Translations under genes and position numbers: made by a program
The notes under the pieces: model-generated
Seen by the model: the letters and a program-made list of their open reading frames with translations, nothing else
The model's database searches: none
What the model was told of the DNA's origin: nothing
Source of the DNA: Ginglymostoma cirratum
Lineage: Eukaryota
Length of the DNA: 64,000 nt
Assembly (NCBI GenBank): GCA_024137785.1
Contig: JAHRHZ010000223.1
Span: 27,621,919 to 27,685,918 of the forward strand
Direction: 5' to 3'
In this document: piece by piece, positions 41,143 to 55,250 of the stretch
Numbering within the stretch: position 1 is the first letter of the stretch
Layout of the letters: each line of letters opens with the position of its first letter

Positions 41143-41869
41143 TAATAAACATCGTACTACATTGTTTCTGTAAGTAAGCTGCACTACACGGATAGTTATT
41201 GCAGCAATAAGTTCTCGACAACTGTACACAAATTAACAAATTCCATGAGGCCCTGATAATGGCTGCCAAATGAAGTAGTAATTTCTGTGAGGAGTTCTAT
41301 ATACTCCATCCATCTTGGTCCTCATGTTAATCACAAAATGTTTGACAATTCATCCATAATATTGGCAAATTAACTTTTAAAATATCAGATATCTCCAAAC
41401 GCCCATTACAATAAAAACTGCTCATCCACTGGACCTAATGGAACCACAAATAAGACTCACAGACGATGTCTGCTGAATTCCTTTTGGCATGTTAATTAAT
41501 GCTAGAATCCAAATTAATATTTGTTGGGAAGGGAAACTATGAATAGACGACCAGATTACTTTGTACTAAACATTCTTCATACTTCATTTTCATTGCTTTT
41601 TTTTGATGATCAGCACCACAGCTCTCATATTTTAGCAGGCATAATGTATTCCTCAAACTGCAAACATAAAATTAAATAAGAAAAAAGTTAACATAAAAAG
41701 GACTGTAAAATTGTGTTTATAGGGCAATTGATGTCACAAATAAACAAGTTCCCATACTGCCCAAAAAGGAAATCCCGACTTCTGAAGGGTCAACCTTTGG
41801 TCTCCAGTAAGAACAGGATCTAAATGTGTCATTGTGACGCTCCAACATTCTCATCATTGTGTTCTTTAT

Positions 41870-42225
41870 TCAACTCACTGAAACTCACAAAATTCCTAAA
41901 AGGCATGTCAGGTAGATGTAGAAAGAACTTTTCCTCCATTGTAGGGTTCCAGAACAAACAAACCTAGCGTCAAAAAAAGGAAAAGTCATTGAGGAGTCTG
42001 ATAAAGAGGAATTTCTGCAATCAGGAGGCAGTGAATTTTAGGAATTTGTTACTCCAGAGGACTGTAGAAGTCATTGAGTACATTCAAGATAGAGATGAAT
42101 AGATTTCTAGATGGTAATAACATCAAGCACAGAAAAATGGCATTGAGATCTGTGATCAACCATAATCTAGAACGGCGAAGCAGCATCAAAGAACTAAATG
42201 AACAACTCCTGCTCTTATGTTCACA
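41870..42225 (+). mobile_element. Old CR1 LINE 3' end
   Basis: gtcattgagtacattcaagatagagatgaatagatt...ctcctgctcttatgttc tail. Confidence 0.65.
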
Positions 42226-42754
42226 TTTAAAATGTGATCATGGAAATACGTAAACGATCTCTAACTCATCTTTTTGGAGCTACTTGAAAGTACACCATTA
42301 TACGTTAGAAGATAGACAGAAACAGGAGACATCTAGGCCATCAGTGTGGCCAAGCTCCCAAATCTTTCTGGTTAACCATTGAGCAAAAAAGTGTTGTGTT
42401 GTAGTGTCCATATGTATTTATGCATTTGTGTACGTAGACTGTAATACAGCTTGCACATGCACAAAGCATTTGCAGCATAAACTGGCATAAATGAAACGAG
42501 AAAAAGAGTTTCACAACAGTTTTTTTTTGCTGTATGGCAAGAAACAATAATTGTCGACAAAAATCTGTTCCGGTTCATTATTTTTCAAATTGCTGACCTT
42601 CTCACTGTGAATTCAAAATCATCTTGCATAAACATCAATTTACAGATTAAGCAGCACATGCCCTTATTCTCAAGTCTCATGGAAAGCCTGTTGCACTTAA
42701 TTATTTAAAAGGGATACCGGAACCTAAATATATTCATTTACCAAATATGAGCCA

Positions 42755-43735
42755 CGTTTCAGTGGGTAGCTTCACAAGGTTCAGAGTTCAAGTTGTATCC
42801 CAGGACTTCGGTACAAAATCTATACTGACATTGTAGTACTGTAGGCATATTGCAGTCTGAGGTAGTGTCCTCTCAAAAGGGAAGCTTAACGGGGGCCCCA
42901 TCTGCCTTCTTGGCTGGAAGCAATCGAGTCCCTTTTCCTATTCAAAAAAAGCAGAGAGATGCTTTCGCTGGTGTTCTGCCCAATATTTATTCCCCAAACA
43001 ACATGCCAATCAAAACGTATCTGAAGATTTTTCCAGAAGGTATGTAGCTCAGGTCGTGGATGAGGTTGGAGACTTGCCCGCCGAGCCAATGTGTTTGATT
43101 GTAGACATTTCGTCACCGCGTCTCCGGTAAAGCATCAGTGTTCTGTCCCACTTGTTATTTACGTGCCTCGGTTGGCTCGGGTGGTTGGCATTACTTCCGG
43201 TTCTGGTTCTCAGTGGATGGTACACAGGGTCCAGTTCAATGCATTTGTTGATGGAGGTCCGGTCGGAATGCCAGGCCTCCAGAAATTCCCTGGCATGTCT
43301 CTCTTTGGCCAAACAGAGACATGCCAGGGAATTCCTGGAGACCTGGCATTCTAATCAGAACTCCATCAACAAACACATTGAACTGGACCCTGTGTACAAA
43401 CCACAGAATCAGAACCGGAAGTATTGCCAAGCACCCCAGCAAACCGAGGCATATAAATAACAAGTGGGACAGAAACCAATGCTTCACCAGAGGCGCAATA
43501 ACGATGTTACCTAGCAGTGTGACAAAACGTCTGCAATAAAACACATTGGATCGGCGAGCAAGTCAAAATCTATCTAAACATTATCATATTACTAATTGTG
43601 GAAGTTTACTGTCCACATCTTGGCTGTAATTTTTGCAACATTACAACAGCAACTACACTTCAGAATTATTTCACTGGCTATAAAACCCTTGAGGGTGTTC
43701 ATTAAAAGCACAACGTAAATTCTGTCATATAAGCA
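42755..43735 (+). mobile_element. DeuSINE (SacSINE1-like) split by a Penelope insertion
   Basis: 5' part ends ...ctggtgttctgcccaatatttattcccc (to about 43020). The 3' part cattacaacagcaactacacttcagaattatttcactggct follows 43565. Confidence 0.65.
43023..43564. mobile_element. Penelope-like element 3' end (GIY-YIG endonuclease C-terminus plus terminal repeat) as a spacerless inverted duplication
   Basis: Both arms encode RHAREFLE(A/T)WHS...SINK(C/H)IELDPVY, and the symmetry centre is tttgg|ccaaa at 43308/43309. Confidence 0.85.
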
Positions 43736-44169
43736 GGCAATGTCAACCACTGCCAAAATGTGGTTGGATATAGCTGTCACCATTTTTATTTTCTACACAG
43801 CCTATTTGGTCTAAAGTGGAAGAGGAAAGCCACTGGATAGTCTGCAAAGAGACTCTCGTCATAAAAGAGATGTAGTTTATAGCATGATAGTAATCAGTTA
43901 CACTTACATTAGTAAGATAGACATTGTTACTAAGTCTATTCAGAGACATAGGATAACAGGTTTGCTACTTTTGAGATCCTAAGATTGTTCTGACATTATG
44001 TGCAGCTCAATGCAGTCTTCTGCATTAATTCTTTCAGAACTATTACCTTCTACATCATGTCCCCCCAACTTATTTCTACATAATTAACATTTACCCATTG
44101 ATGAAACATAATTATATCTAACTTTACCTCATGTTCCTCCCTATACCAAGTCTCTGATTTCACATATTC

Positions 44170-45235
44170 AAGAGTCATAGAATCGTAGAGTTGGACACCA
44201 TGGAAAACAGACCCTTCCGTCCAATTCATCCATGCCGATCACATACCTGAAATGAATCTAGTCCCATCTGCCAGCATCTGGTCCATATCCCTCTAAACCC
44301 TTTCTATTCATATAGCTAACAGATGCCTTTTAACTGTTGCAATTGTACCAGTCTCCATTACTTTCTCTGGCAGCTCATTCCATACACGCACTACCTCTCC
44401 TGTGTGAAAAAGTTGCTCCTTAGGTCCTTTCTAAACCTTTCCCCTCTCACCTGAAACTTATGCCCTCTAGTTTTGGATTCTCCCACCCCGGGGAAAAGAC
44501 CTTGGCTTTCAATGTATCCATGCCCTTCAGGATTTTATAAACCTCTATAAGGTCACCTCTCAGCCTTCGATATTCCAGGCAAAATAGCCCCAGCCTATTT
44601 AGCCTCTCCCTATAGCTCAAAACCTCCACATTCTCGTAAATCTTTTCTGAACCCTTTCAAGTTTCCTATAGCAGGGAGGCCAGAGCTACACGCAGTATTC
44701 CAAAAGTGGCTTAACCAATGTCCTGTACAGCCGCAACATGACATCCCAACTCCTATACTCAAGGCACTGACTAATAAAGGCAAGCATACCAAACGCCTTC
44801 TTCACTATCCTGGCTAGCTGTGACTCCACTTTCAAGGAACCTGCACTCCAAGGTCTCTATGTTCAGCAATACTATCCAGGACCTTACCAATGAGTGTATA
44901 CGTCCTGCCCTGATTTGCCTTTCCAAAATGCAGAACTTCACATTTATCTAATCAAAATTCCATCTGCCACGCCTCGTCCCATTGACCCATCTGATCAATG
45001 CCCTGCTGTATTTTGAGGTAAACCTTCGTTACTGTCCACGACACCTCCAATTTTGGTGTCATGTGCAAACTTACTAACCACACCTCTAATGTTCACATCC
45101 AAATCATTTACATAAATTACAGTAAGCAGTGGACCCAGCACCAATCCCTATGGCACTCCACCAGCCGCAGGGCTCCAGTCTGAAAAGCAACCTTCCACCA
45201 CCGCTTTTCGTCTTCTACCTTTGAACCACGTCAGT
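44170..45235 (-). mobile_element. CR1/HER1 LINE 3' fragment
   Basis: LSYRERLNRLGLFCLEYRRLRGDLIEVYKILKG; upstream SKFAHDTKIGG. Confidence 0.88.
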
Positions 45236-45619
45236 TTAGATGTTTCATTATTCTTCCAGACTATGTTCTCTTTGGACTTGAAAAATTGATAAGTCTTCAG
45301 CTTGAAGACAGTTGACCTCAATTCAATTCAGAAACCAATGGGATTGGTAAAGTCTTTCCATTGCAAGAAATCTGATCTCTTGAAAGGCCTTCATGGAGGA
45401 CACTATTCCTGCTAAACTGGCAATGGTCCATTACTTTAATGGACCTTAATCTCCTGTATTTCTTTCACAGAGCAACTCGTTCCCGCTTAAAGAAGTATTT
45501 GCCTTATAACGTCATCGGGGTAGTCTTTAATTTCACTAATTTTCTTAATGGATAGTGGCTGATGAAACAAAAACTATCTTCTTTTTCACAGTATCCTGGA
45601 TTGGAGACAGGTAATTTCT

Positions 45620-46020
45620 TTTCACCACCCTCCATGTCTATTACCTACTCCCATAACCGCAGGTCCGGTTATGAAATGGGTTGCTTTTAACACAGCCAAC
45701 CCAGTTTCACCTATTCACAGCACCATTATCACATATACAGGTTCTCGTCTCCTGTAGCTTATTATCAATAACCCAATTGTCTGCCTACTTTTTGTCGTCT
45801 CTGGGCTCTGCCTCCACCCATCCACTCCTTACTTTACCATCCCCCACCCTTTCATCAGCGTAAACACCAACATTTCAGAACTGAAAGCAGCTTGGAAAGG
45901 TCCCTGGACTCGAGATACTCACTCTGCTTTCTCCCCACAGGGGCTGCCACACAAGTTTCTCCAGCAATTTCTATTCTTGTTTTTTTCTGGTCTCCAGCAT
46001 CCACAGTTCTTGGTTTTATC
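45620..46020 (+). mobile_element. Longer Penelope-type 3' terminal region, family B
   Basis: A pyrimidine-rich segment runs into ...ggtccctggactcgagatactcactctgctttctccccacaggggctgcc...ctccagcatccacagttcttggtttta, homologous to 5895-6123. Confidence 0.55.
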
Positions 46021-46584
46021 TTCTCAAAAGTATCTTGATCTTTTTTGTTGGGTAATTTCTTCTTGGCCATATCCTGAAGTTGTGGACATTGTCCATCTCA
46101 GCTCAGTAGTGGCTTCCCTGGAGTCCTGTGCAACTCATCTTCAATCCTTGCAGGCAAACATCATCATCTGCCAGACGAAGTACGTACATTCTCTACTTAA
46201 ACTTGTTGATTAAGCTGGATGCTTGTAACTGCCCTCTTTGGTTGCTTTACTGCTAAATCCAGTTGTGCTACTTAAGGATTGCCACTTACTTGGTATGATC
46301 ACTGTCACTGGTGTTGATGATGCTTCACATTACAAAAACAGACTTGTATTTGTTGAATAGGATATTTACTCAATGTGAAAGTTTAGTTTCAAATAAAAAG
46401 AAATCTAGCTCCTGGGGCTTTACTGTTTGCCTGATTTAAATTTGGTACGGTATTAATGGCTAAATAATGATTCGTTCAAACTATCAAAATAGCTGTTCAA
46501 ATTTTCCAACAACTTTGAAACATGACAGACAACGATGAAAAACAAAATCATTTGACAATTACAGCAATGTGCAATTATACAACA

Positions 46585-46900
46585 TTTTTATTCATTCACA
46601 GGATCTGTGTGTTGCTTGCTAGGCTAGGAATTATTACCCATCCCTAACTACCCAGAAGCCAGTACCAGGCCAGCACTTATTGTCCATTCCTAATTGCCTG
46701 GAAGCCAATAAAGAGTCTCCATGTGGGTATAAAGGCACATGTAGACCGGTCCAGGCAAGGACAGAGGATTTCTTTCCCTAAAGGACATTAGTGAGCAAGA
46801 TAGGTATTTACAAAAATCGACAGTGGTTAAACGGTCAGCGTTAGGGGTCAGATTTACTCTGACAGGTATGCACTTCATCCCCTTCAAGTTCTGATGAAAG
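46585..46900 (-). mobile_element. tRNA-derived SINE fragment sharing a LINE tail
   Basis: ...ggcaaggacagaggatttctttccctaaaggacattagtgagc...; the tail is complementary to the LINE tail at 4290-4335. The head of this family probably lies at 14690-14870 (+). Confidence 0.5.
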
Positions 46901-47739
46901 GTTAATGACATGCACTATTAGCTTTGCTTCTTCACCCCCCACCCCACCCTCACAGATGTTGACTGCTTTCTTCCAAGTGTTTGCAGTACTTTTTGTTTTG
47001 ATTTCAAAACATTCTTCCAGTATTGTTGTACTTGAAATTGAACAAAGTACTCCAGACGAAGTCAAACCAAGTATATCCATCTCCCCTTTATTTATATCTG
47101 AAATAAAGGAAAATATATACAAGTATTTTACGTACCCGTCTGCTGGTTATTAATCATTTACGTTTGTCAATTCCTAATTGTTTTGTTACTCTAGAGTTCT
47201 CATTCATCAATCATTAACAAAATAAAGTTCATTTTTCTTTGGTGCAAAATGCATAGCATCACTGTTACTATGGTTTGTCCACTCAATTTGTTCATGTCCC
47301 TTTGTCATTTTCTGCTCTCTGTTGACTACTTACTGATATTCCTGATTTATTGCCATATGCAATCTTGAACAACTTTCTATTTCTTTATTCAAGTCAGTAA
47401 TAAATACTATGAAAATCTGAGGCTCCAAAACAGACCTCAGGATAGACGCGGCAGGTGACAGTCCCCAGAGTGCCTAACCACTACCATCACAGAATGTGTC
47501 CCACCACCCAATTAATTTCCAATCCAACTCACAATGTTAGCTTCAATTCTGCATATTCTCATTTTAGCTTCCTAATTTCTCATATGAACCTAATCAACTG
47601 ACGTGCATATAGATGGCTTCCATAGACACTTTCTTATTAGTGACAGCTTCAAAATATTCAACTCAATTAGTTATAATATACACTTGTTCACAACTGATGT
47701 CAAAAAACGCACACATTAAGAGGGTACTATGCAAGTAAA

Positions 47740-49000
47740 GGGGCACAAATATTCAGGGAGAGAATTCTAAAGAATGAAGACTGGATGGTTGAAGACAGTG
47801 GAGTGAAGAGTGAGAAATGCACAAGTGGACAATCAGAAAAACTGAATTTTGAACGAGTGGTACCAGCTGCTGGAGATTAAAGGATACTGTGCATCAAGAA
47901 CATGCACAAAAACAAAAAGATAGGAATTTTAAATGCTGGAGGAGCCAAAGCAAGTCAGCAAAGACAGAGGTTACAAGTGGAGTATTGGTGCAGGATGGTA
48001 AAAAAGCTGCAGAGTTTCAGGTGAAGTAAAGAATACTAAAAGGTCACGAATTTGAAGTCTGCCATCGCACTCTGGACAGCAGGAAAAGTTTAATGGCTAG
48101 CAGTTTGAGATTGGTGAAAATAGACTTAAGCAAACAAAAAAAAACACTTCTAGAGATTGGATTTATTGGAGGTCTTCTTGAGACAGGACAATAATTACTG
48201 TAGCATGAGGGATCCAACCAGGACTACAGAGTGGGTGAGAGCAATACAAGCAGCTAAACAGTCTCAAACCTTAGTAACAAAAATGGTACAGGGATGAGGA
48301 GAAGCACTTAAAGACACAGTTGGTGAAAAGAACTTTGTTGTTTTGACAAGGTGGACCAAGGTTTGTTGCTGCTTGTTATGGTCCAGACAGATGTGGTTAT
48401 GGATGGTCAAATCATGTGTACACAGTTCAAGTCTATGCCTGGATTTGACAGGCTAAGTAACAGGAAACAGCAAGAGGAAAAACAAGATGGCAAAGATTAA
48501 AAGATTTAATTGGAGGAAAATGAATTAATAATGATAATGAATGTTTGAGCAGATCAAGGGTTGCATGAATCCCATAGCACATGGAAGGCACTAGGCAAGA
48601 ATATGACATATGGAAGTATGTGGGACAAAGAAAGATGGATAGAGGGAGCAGATGATGAAGGAAACAAGGAAGAAGTGTGATAAACGGTCACATTTATGAT
48701 TGAGGGCATAAGCGTACAGAGCCCACAGCAACGCCAAGGATGAACGAGGGCTTACACGGAAGAGGAGATGCAGGAAGCACAGGAGAACTGTGAAATCAGA
48801 AGGCAAGGGCAAAGTGAATGGAGATTGAGGAGAAAGACTTTGTCAGTACAGAAGCTAAAGAAGGAAAGCAGGGTGATATCACAGACAGAAAGATAATTTT
48901 GATAAGGTAGGAGAAATTGAAGATTTCACAAGGTGAAGTTATGGGTGGAACCTCGAGACATGCTTGAAGGAAAAGTTGCCAAATGAGTTGGAGAGTTTCT
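47740..49000 (-). mobile_element. Highly decayed L2-like LINE body
   Basis: Long purine-rich + strand stretch, typical of antisense L2. No intact motif was recovered. Confidence 0.35.
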
Positions 49001-52000
49001 CTGATTTCTAAGTCACTGACCCAATGCATCAAGCACCTTGTTATGCTAATTAATGATGTCAGCCAGTTACATTTGCATACTTTCAGCAGCAAAGCTGCAA
49101 ATGAGATCCAAAGAATATTTTCTGCAATTTGTAAATTGATTCTTGGATTCTAAAAATTCATGCCACCAATTGGTTAAACTAAGCTGGTGTTCCAAAAAAA
49201 AAAGTACTGATTGGGGTATAGTTGCAATTCACTACACAAAAAGCATTCATTCAATTTCAATCACACCATTTGGGAAGGCACCAACAAAACAGACTCTAAG
49301 CAAAAAGACATTTGTTCTCATTTTATCAGACAAAGAGTTTCTCAGGCAGTGTTTTTTGTTAATTACAAATAAAATGAAAAATTACATTTAGAAGGAAAAT
49401 TGCATGTGGAATAAGGAGTTCATTTTAATAAAAACATACCAATTCCTTTTATGCACTCATTTACCACAATCACTGGCTGACTTGTTAAAGCATAATCAGA
49501 TAATGCTGATATAAACAATTAGGTAGCACAAGTTATTTTAACATTACAATCTAATTCTGTATGCAACAATAAGATGGAATTTCAAGTGCACACAGCTGAA
49601 TTTCAATCGTGCTTGTGGAGAGGGAAACGGCCCTCAGACTGCTTTTCCACATACACCTATGATCTTTTCAAAACAGCAATGGCAGAGAGGAGATTACAGG
49701 CCCACCATTTCAGCCACAGTTGTTACAGTAATCAGGGAAAAAATACATCAGAAGTGTACATCATTACCAAAGACAAACATGATAATACAGATTGTTGCCA
49801 AGTCTAACATTCGCCCTCTACCTGCGAAGTAACATCCTTTTTGTTAAATGTAACAAATTATTTCCCTAAAATGATGTCAGTAAATGATGTTTGACTTTAG
49901 ATTTACACCACAAGCAAATGAGTTCACATTATCTCAGTTCAGCTGCATTAGGAATAGGCACTGAGCAGATGCACCTTGACTAAGAAAGGGAAAATCTGGG
50001 AGGAAGTTTCTCTTGCAGTATCAGATTATGAGGTTTCGGTACAAATCACTTACTGTGGTAAATTGTAGAACAGGTGTACAAACAGAAATAACATCTCTAG
50101 ACTACTTTCATGCAATTCTAAGGCAATTCATTTTAATCTTAATGGTTAAAAATAACCTGGACATTAGTACATGCAATGCAAAAATTAAAGCAGACTCACT
50201 TCAAGTTCGACTAATCTCAATTTTGAAAAGTGATTTTTCTTTTACAATGGTGGATGTAAATTAAGCCTACTTGATTCCTCCCTTAGAAGCCCTTAAATTT
50301 AAGTGATTCAATGGTTATCACTTTTCCATTAACTTACTGCCCTGCACAAAACAATAACCGGTGAAGTCTTGTCATCATAGAATGGACAGAGACATGCAGA
50401 CAAAAATTGCTAGTTCTGGAGCAATCTGGACACAAAATGCTGAAGTTCTGTACATTTTGCAAGCTCCTAAATATTACATTCAATGTTACAGGTCTAGAAA
50501 GGATAAGTATTGAAAATTGTGTTTCATTTCATAGCTCCTTTAATTTGTGCAAAGTATGCAGTTTAATAAATTAGCAACCATTTATTTTTTGTGAACTGGC
50601 AGTTTAGTTTATTTTGAAAATGGGTGTGTAGAAAGGGTGTTGCATTGATAAGGCCTTTTTTAAAAAAATCAAACTTGTTGAGAGTTCATCATCTGTCATC
50701 TACAACTGACTGTTTCAAATAATGGCTTACAAATGGACACAATTGTTGAACTTTTTATTACAAAAATGCTACTCCAACTTATGCCATTTTAAATTGCAGA
50801 AAATCTCAGATTTATAAGACACAAAAAAAAAATCAGCATTAACTTCACTTTGTATTTAGGAAAATAAGAACTAAATAACATTTGCAATGCTTTGAATGTC
50901 TTAAAACAAATCATGGTAGCATTTTTCTCAACCTCTGCAGTCTCAACTTAAAACAGCACATGCATTAAATGCCTCTTAACAGCTAACACCAGATGCTTTC
51001 AGCTTACTCGTACCTTCAGACACTTGAGTTAATTTTAATATTACACTGGTGTGTATCATGGACATGAGTACAACTGCTGTTAGACTTTGCCAATCCAATA
51101 TCTATCTCTAATTAGTAACTGTCCACATCGTGATAAGGTAAACTCGGTTTGACCTTTTCATCATGTATCTATAGCAACCAAGCCATTTAGTTTATTTTTA
51201 AACTGATGAAATAGCAAATAGTAAAAAATCAAATTTGATATGAGTGATTAATCAACACATTTTGATTGGAATAAACATTTCTTCTAACGACTGCACGAGT
51301 CAATAGTGTTAAAGGACTATTGTTGAAAGGAAATCTGAAAAAAGCCAGTGATTAAGATGCAGAGTAGCTTAGTTTCAAATACCTAGTTCTTCTGCCAAGT
51401 CCATATCCTATCTAATGAGGGTGTAGTTACTTAACATTCATCACCAGTGAACTCTGTAACTTTATCAGCTTACAAGCATGGCGCCATTGCAAGGCCAGGC
51501 CATTTTCAGTTCTCAGATAGTACAGATAAAAGTGTGATAGATTACAATAGATTGTTTCACTTGAGAATATGTGGCTCCCAGAACACATAATATAGTTCCC
51601 ATCAGTTGGTTGGGGGAGGAAAATGAATGAAAATAAAGAGGAACAGGATAAGGAATGAGTGCTACAGCAATAAGAATGATTAAGAAAGAATGTATTATAA
51701 AGAATAAGTAAGTAAGAAACTAAATTTAAAACAGCTATGAGTAAGAGAAGAGAGAAAGAGATATGTATTTTATGAGTGAGAAGAAAAAAGCTGTAAAGGA
51801 GGAATGGGAAAACAAAGAAGGAAAGAAATAACAGGATGATTGTAAGTTATCTAGGTACAGGGAGAAGTGGACCAAAGAATCAACAGTAAAAGAAAAGGGG
51901 GAATTGGTTGTGATGCAATGGAAATGTGCCATGAATCTCATCCTCAAGCTCAAGCTCATTAACATTGCACAATAGAAATTAATTTGAGCTGACTTATTCA

Positions 52001-53589
52001 AGGAATAGAAGTAAAATTATCAATTCCTTATTTTAATTTGCATAAAATATTGTAGGAAACCTTGTATACTTCTGGAATAAGTTCAAGCTATTTTGGTCTT
52101 TTTGACAGGAATATTTTCATACAGGTCAATTGTGGTGAACCAGATCATTAAAAAGAGATCTGACAATGTAACATGCATTTCAGAAACAATTTGCAGTTTT
52201 AATTATTTTAGAATACCTGCTGTAATCGACGTCGGGCAATATATTTTTATTCATGTTTAGTTTGCAATCTGTGGGGAAATGTAAGTGAATTTAAGATGGC
52301 AGCATTTGGAAACAAAAACATGCTAATATTATGGGGTTGTACACAAAAACAATTTCAGTGCTGCATATTCAGCAGAGGCATTTATTGGAAAGTCATAAAT
52401 TACCAGCAAGTGAGAGCCTGACTGTTGGCTTCTTCGAATGAATGGAGACTCAGCTGGTAGTCAGAATTATCAACAGCACCCCTGCTCTAATGTTGCTGTT
52501 TGTAGAGACAGAAATAACCACTTCTTCAGGTGTTTGGAAATTTAAGCAAAGCACAATCGTTGGCTCTCATCACGGTGTAAACAGTTTAAATGCTTGTGAA
52601 ATCCCAAATGCAGAGTTTGGTTGCCCACATTTTTGTCCCAAGATTTCCTGCTGTGGTACACTTTGTTAGGCACTGACTATTAACCAATATCTTACCCATG
52701 TGTGTACTTGCACATGAACCATAGCCTTGAATGCATTCATGTCTTGCCTACACTATGTTATAAGTGCAGGATACATGGCAGGTTTCATAATTCATATTCA
52801 TTGGTAACCATTGCGATGTTATGAATACTCACTGCTTTCATCAACTGCGTTTTTCAGTTTTGTTCTACATGAAAATACTAACTTGTATGGCCACTTAGTT
52901 GGAACAATGACACAATTTTCAGTACATTTTCAGCAATGGTTGCTGAGGAAAATGGCTAAGAACTAATTCAGCACAGACCCTTTAAGGAAGCAGGAATTTT
53001 CCAGCTTTTATTGACTCGTCTAGTCACTATCTCTGCCAGAGAAGCCATAATAATTAGGTATGAATAGATAATACATAGCACAATAAAAAATCAAAAATAG
53101 TTCCAATATAATTCAGAATGCACCAAATTTCTAAAATAATAAAGACTCGATCAATTTACACAAAGTACGACACCACACAAAATAATCAGCAATTTGATTC
53201 AAGGATAACTTAAAAATGACTGGTGAAATGAAAGATTTCAACTTTGCGAACACAGTTCCATTCCACCAATGAAAAGAAACCTATTCAATAATTTCTGCAT
53301 AAATATACTTTCTGCAAGGGTGCATCATACTAAGCATCAATTGTAAAAAGATATTCAGTTCCCAATATTGAAGTATCTTGCCTTGTGCCTAAAAACCAGC
53401 CCAGCACCAAATACTTATTTTGGAATCCCAATTCCTACTTAGCATGAAATGTTATTTCCTGAGGCAAGATACTGGTAAGTAAACTAATCCCTTGGATTCT
53501 GTGTTCTGAAGGAAATATCAGGACAAGCCAACATAATGTTGCATCTTCCCTGTAGTGAAATATCTCATTCAGCTAATCTTTTATGAGCA

Positions 53590-55250
53590 TTTGAACATAA
53601 AGCAGGTAGGCCATTCAGTCTCTTGGGCCTGCTCTGCCTTTCAATAAGATCATAGCTGATCTGATTGAAATCTCAAATTCACATTCCTACCTAATCCAAA
53701 TAACATTTCCCTTGAACCTTATTCCACAAGAATCTAGCCACCTCTATTTTAAGAATAGTTAAAAACTGCTTCCACCACCTTTTTGGGAACAAAGTTCTAA
53801 AGGTTCACAACCCTTTAAGAATACAAATCACCTGTCTGGTTTAAATGGATTTTTAAAGAGTGACCTCATAGTTCTCGATTCTCCTATAAGATGAGATATC
53901 CTCTCCACATCTTATTTGTCAAGACTCCTCAGGATCTTATTCAATCAAGTTGACTCATTCTTCTGAATTCCAGCAAATTTAGCCGAGCCTGTCCAAACTT
54001 TCACCACCAGGAAACCCACCCATTCCAGGTATTTGTCTCACAAACCTTCTCTGAACGGCCTCCAAAACATTCACATCTTTCCTTAAAAAAGGAAATAGTA
54101 CTTCAGATGTGGTCTCACTAGTGCCCGTATAACTGAAGCAAAAGTGCTCTACCCTCTGCATTCAATTCCTCTTGTGCTAAATGAGAGCATTCTATGAGTT
54201 TTCCTGAACACTAACTATACATGCTTTACCTAATCCCGACACTAACACTTGTGATTCATGCACTAATACATCAAGATCCTTCTGCATTCCTCTCAATTTA
54301 CATAATATCCTTTACTTGCTGCCAAAATGGACAATTTCATGTTTTCCCACATTATGCATTTGCTAGAATTCTGCCCACTCACTTCACCCATATATACCTT
54401 TTTGTGACCTGTATGTCTTTGTTACTATTTTCTTTACCACATATCTTTGTGTTATCCTCAAATTTGCCAACAATACCTTCCTAGCATTCATACAAGCTAT
54501 TTATATAAACTGTAAAAAGTTGAGGTCCCAGCACCAATCCCTGTGGCACACCACACATTACTTTTAAACAAATAAAAAAGTACTGCAGATGTTGTAAATT
54601 ACCGAACTTGAAATGTTAACTCTGATTTTTCTTCACAGATGCTGCCAGACCTGCTCAGCTTTCACAGCAACTCTGTTTTTGTCCTTTATTACTTTTAGGC
54701 AACTTGGAAAAGACCCATAAATACATATTCTCTATTTCCTGTTAGGAAATCTTCTCTGAATGGTAAAATGCTACCAACTAAACCCCATGAGCTTTTAATT
54801 TCCACAGTAATCTTCAATGTAGCATGTACATTCATCATCCACATTGCATGTTACTTCCTCAAGGTAATCCCAATTCATTGTTGAAACAAAATTTTTCCTT
54901 GTCAAAATCATGTTGACTCTGCCTGATTTCCTTGAACATTTCCAAGTGCCTTGCTATAACTTCTTAATAATTTCTAGCATTTTGGCCATGAAAGATGTTA
55001 ATCTAACTAGTAGTTTCCTGCCTTTAATCTCCCTCCCTTTCTGAATAACAGAGTTATATTTACATTTTCCCAATCTAGTGAGACTTTCCCCAAATCAAGG
55101 GAGTATTAGGAAATTAAAACTAATGTATCAATTCTCTCACTAGCCACTTCTTTCAAGACCCAAAGAATGAACAGGACCTGGGTACTTATCAGCCCACATC
55201 TTCAACAATTTGCTCAATATCACTTCTTGGATTATTGTGATTTCCCCCTC
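53590..55250 (-). mobile_element. Old CR1 LINE fragment with a nested family B element
   Basis: LRKDVNVLEAVQRRFVRQIPGM; upstream SGVPQGLVLGPQLF-like motif. Confidence 0.8.
54567..54687. mobile_element. Family B Penelope-derived element with 10-bp TSD
   Basis: attactttta at 54557-54566 and 54688-54697 flanks tactgcagatgttg...gaaatgttaactctg...cacagatgctgccagacctgctcagc. Confidence 0.7.
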
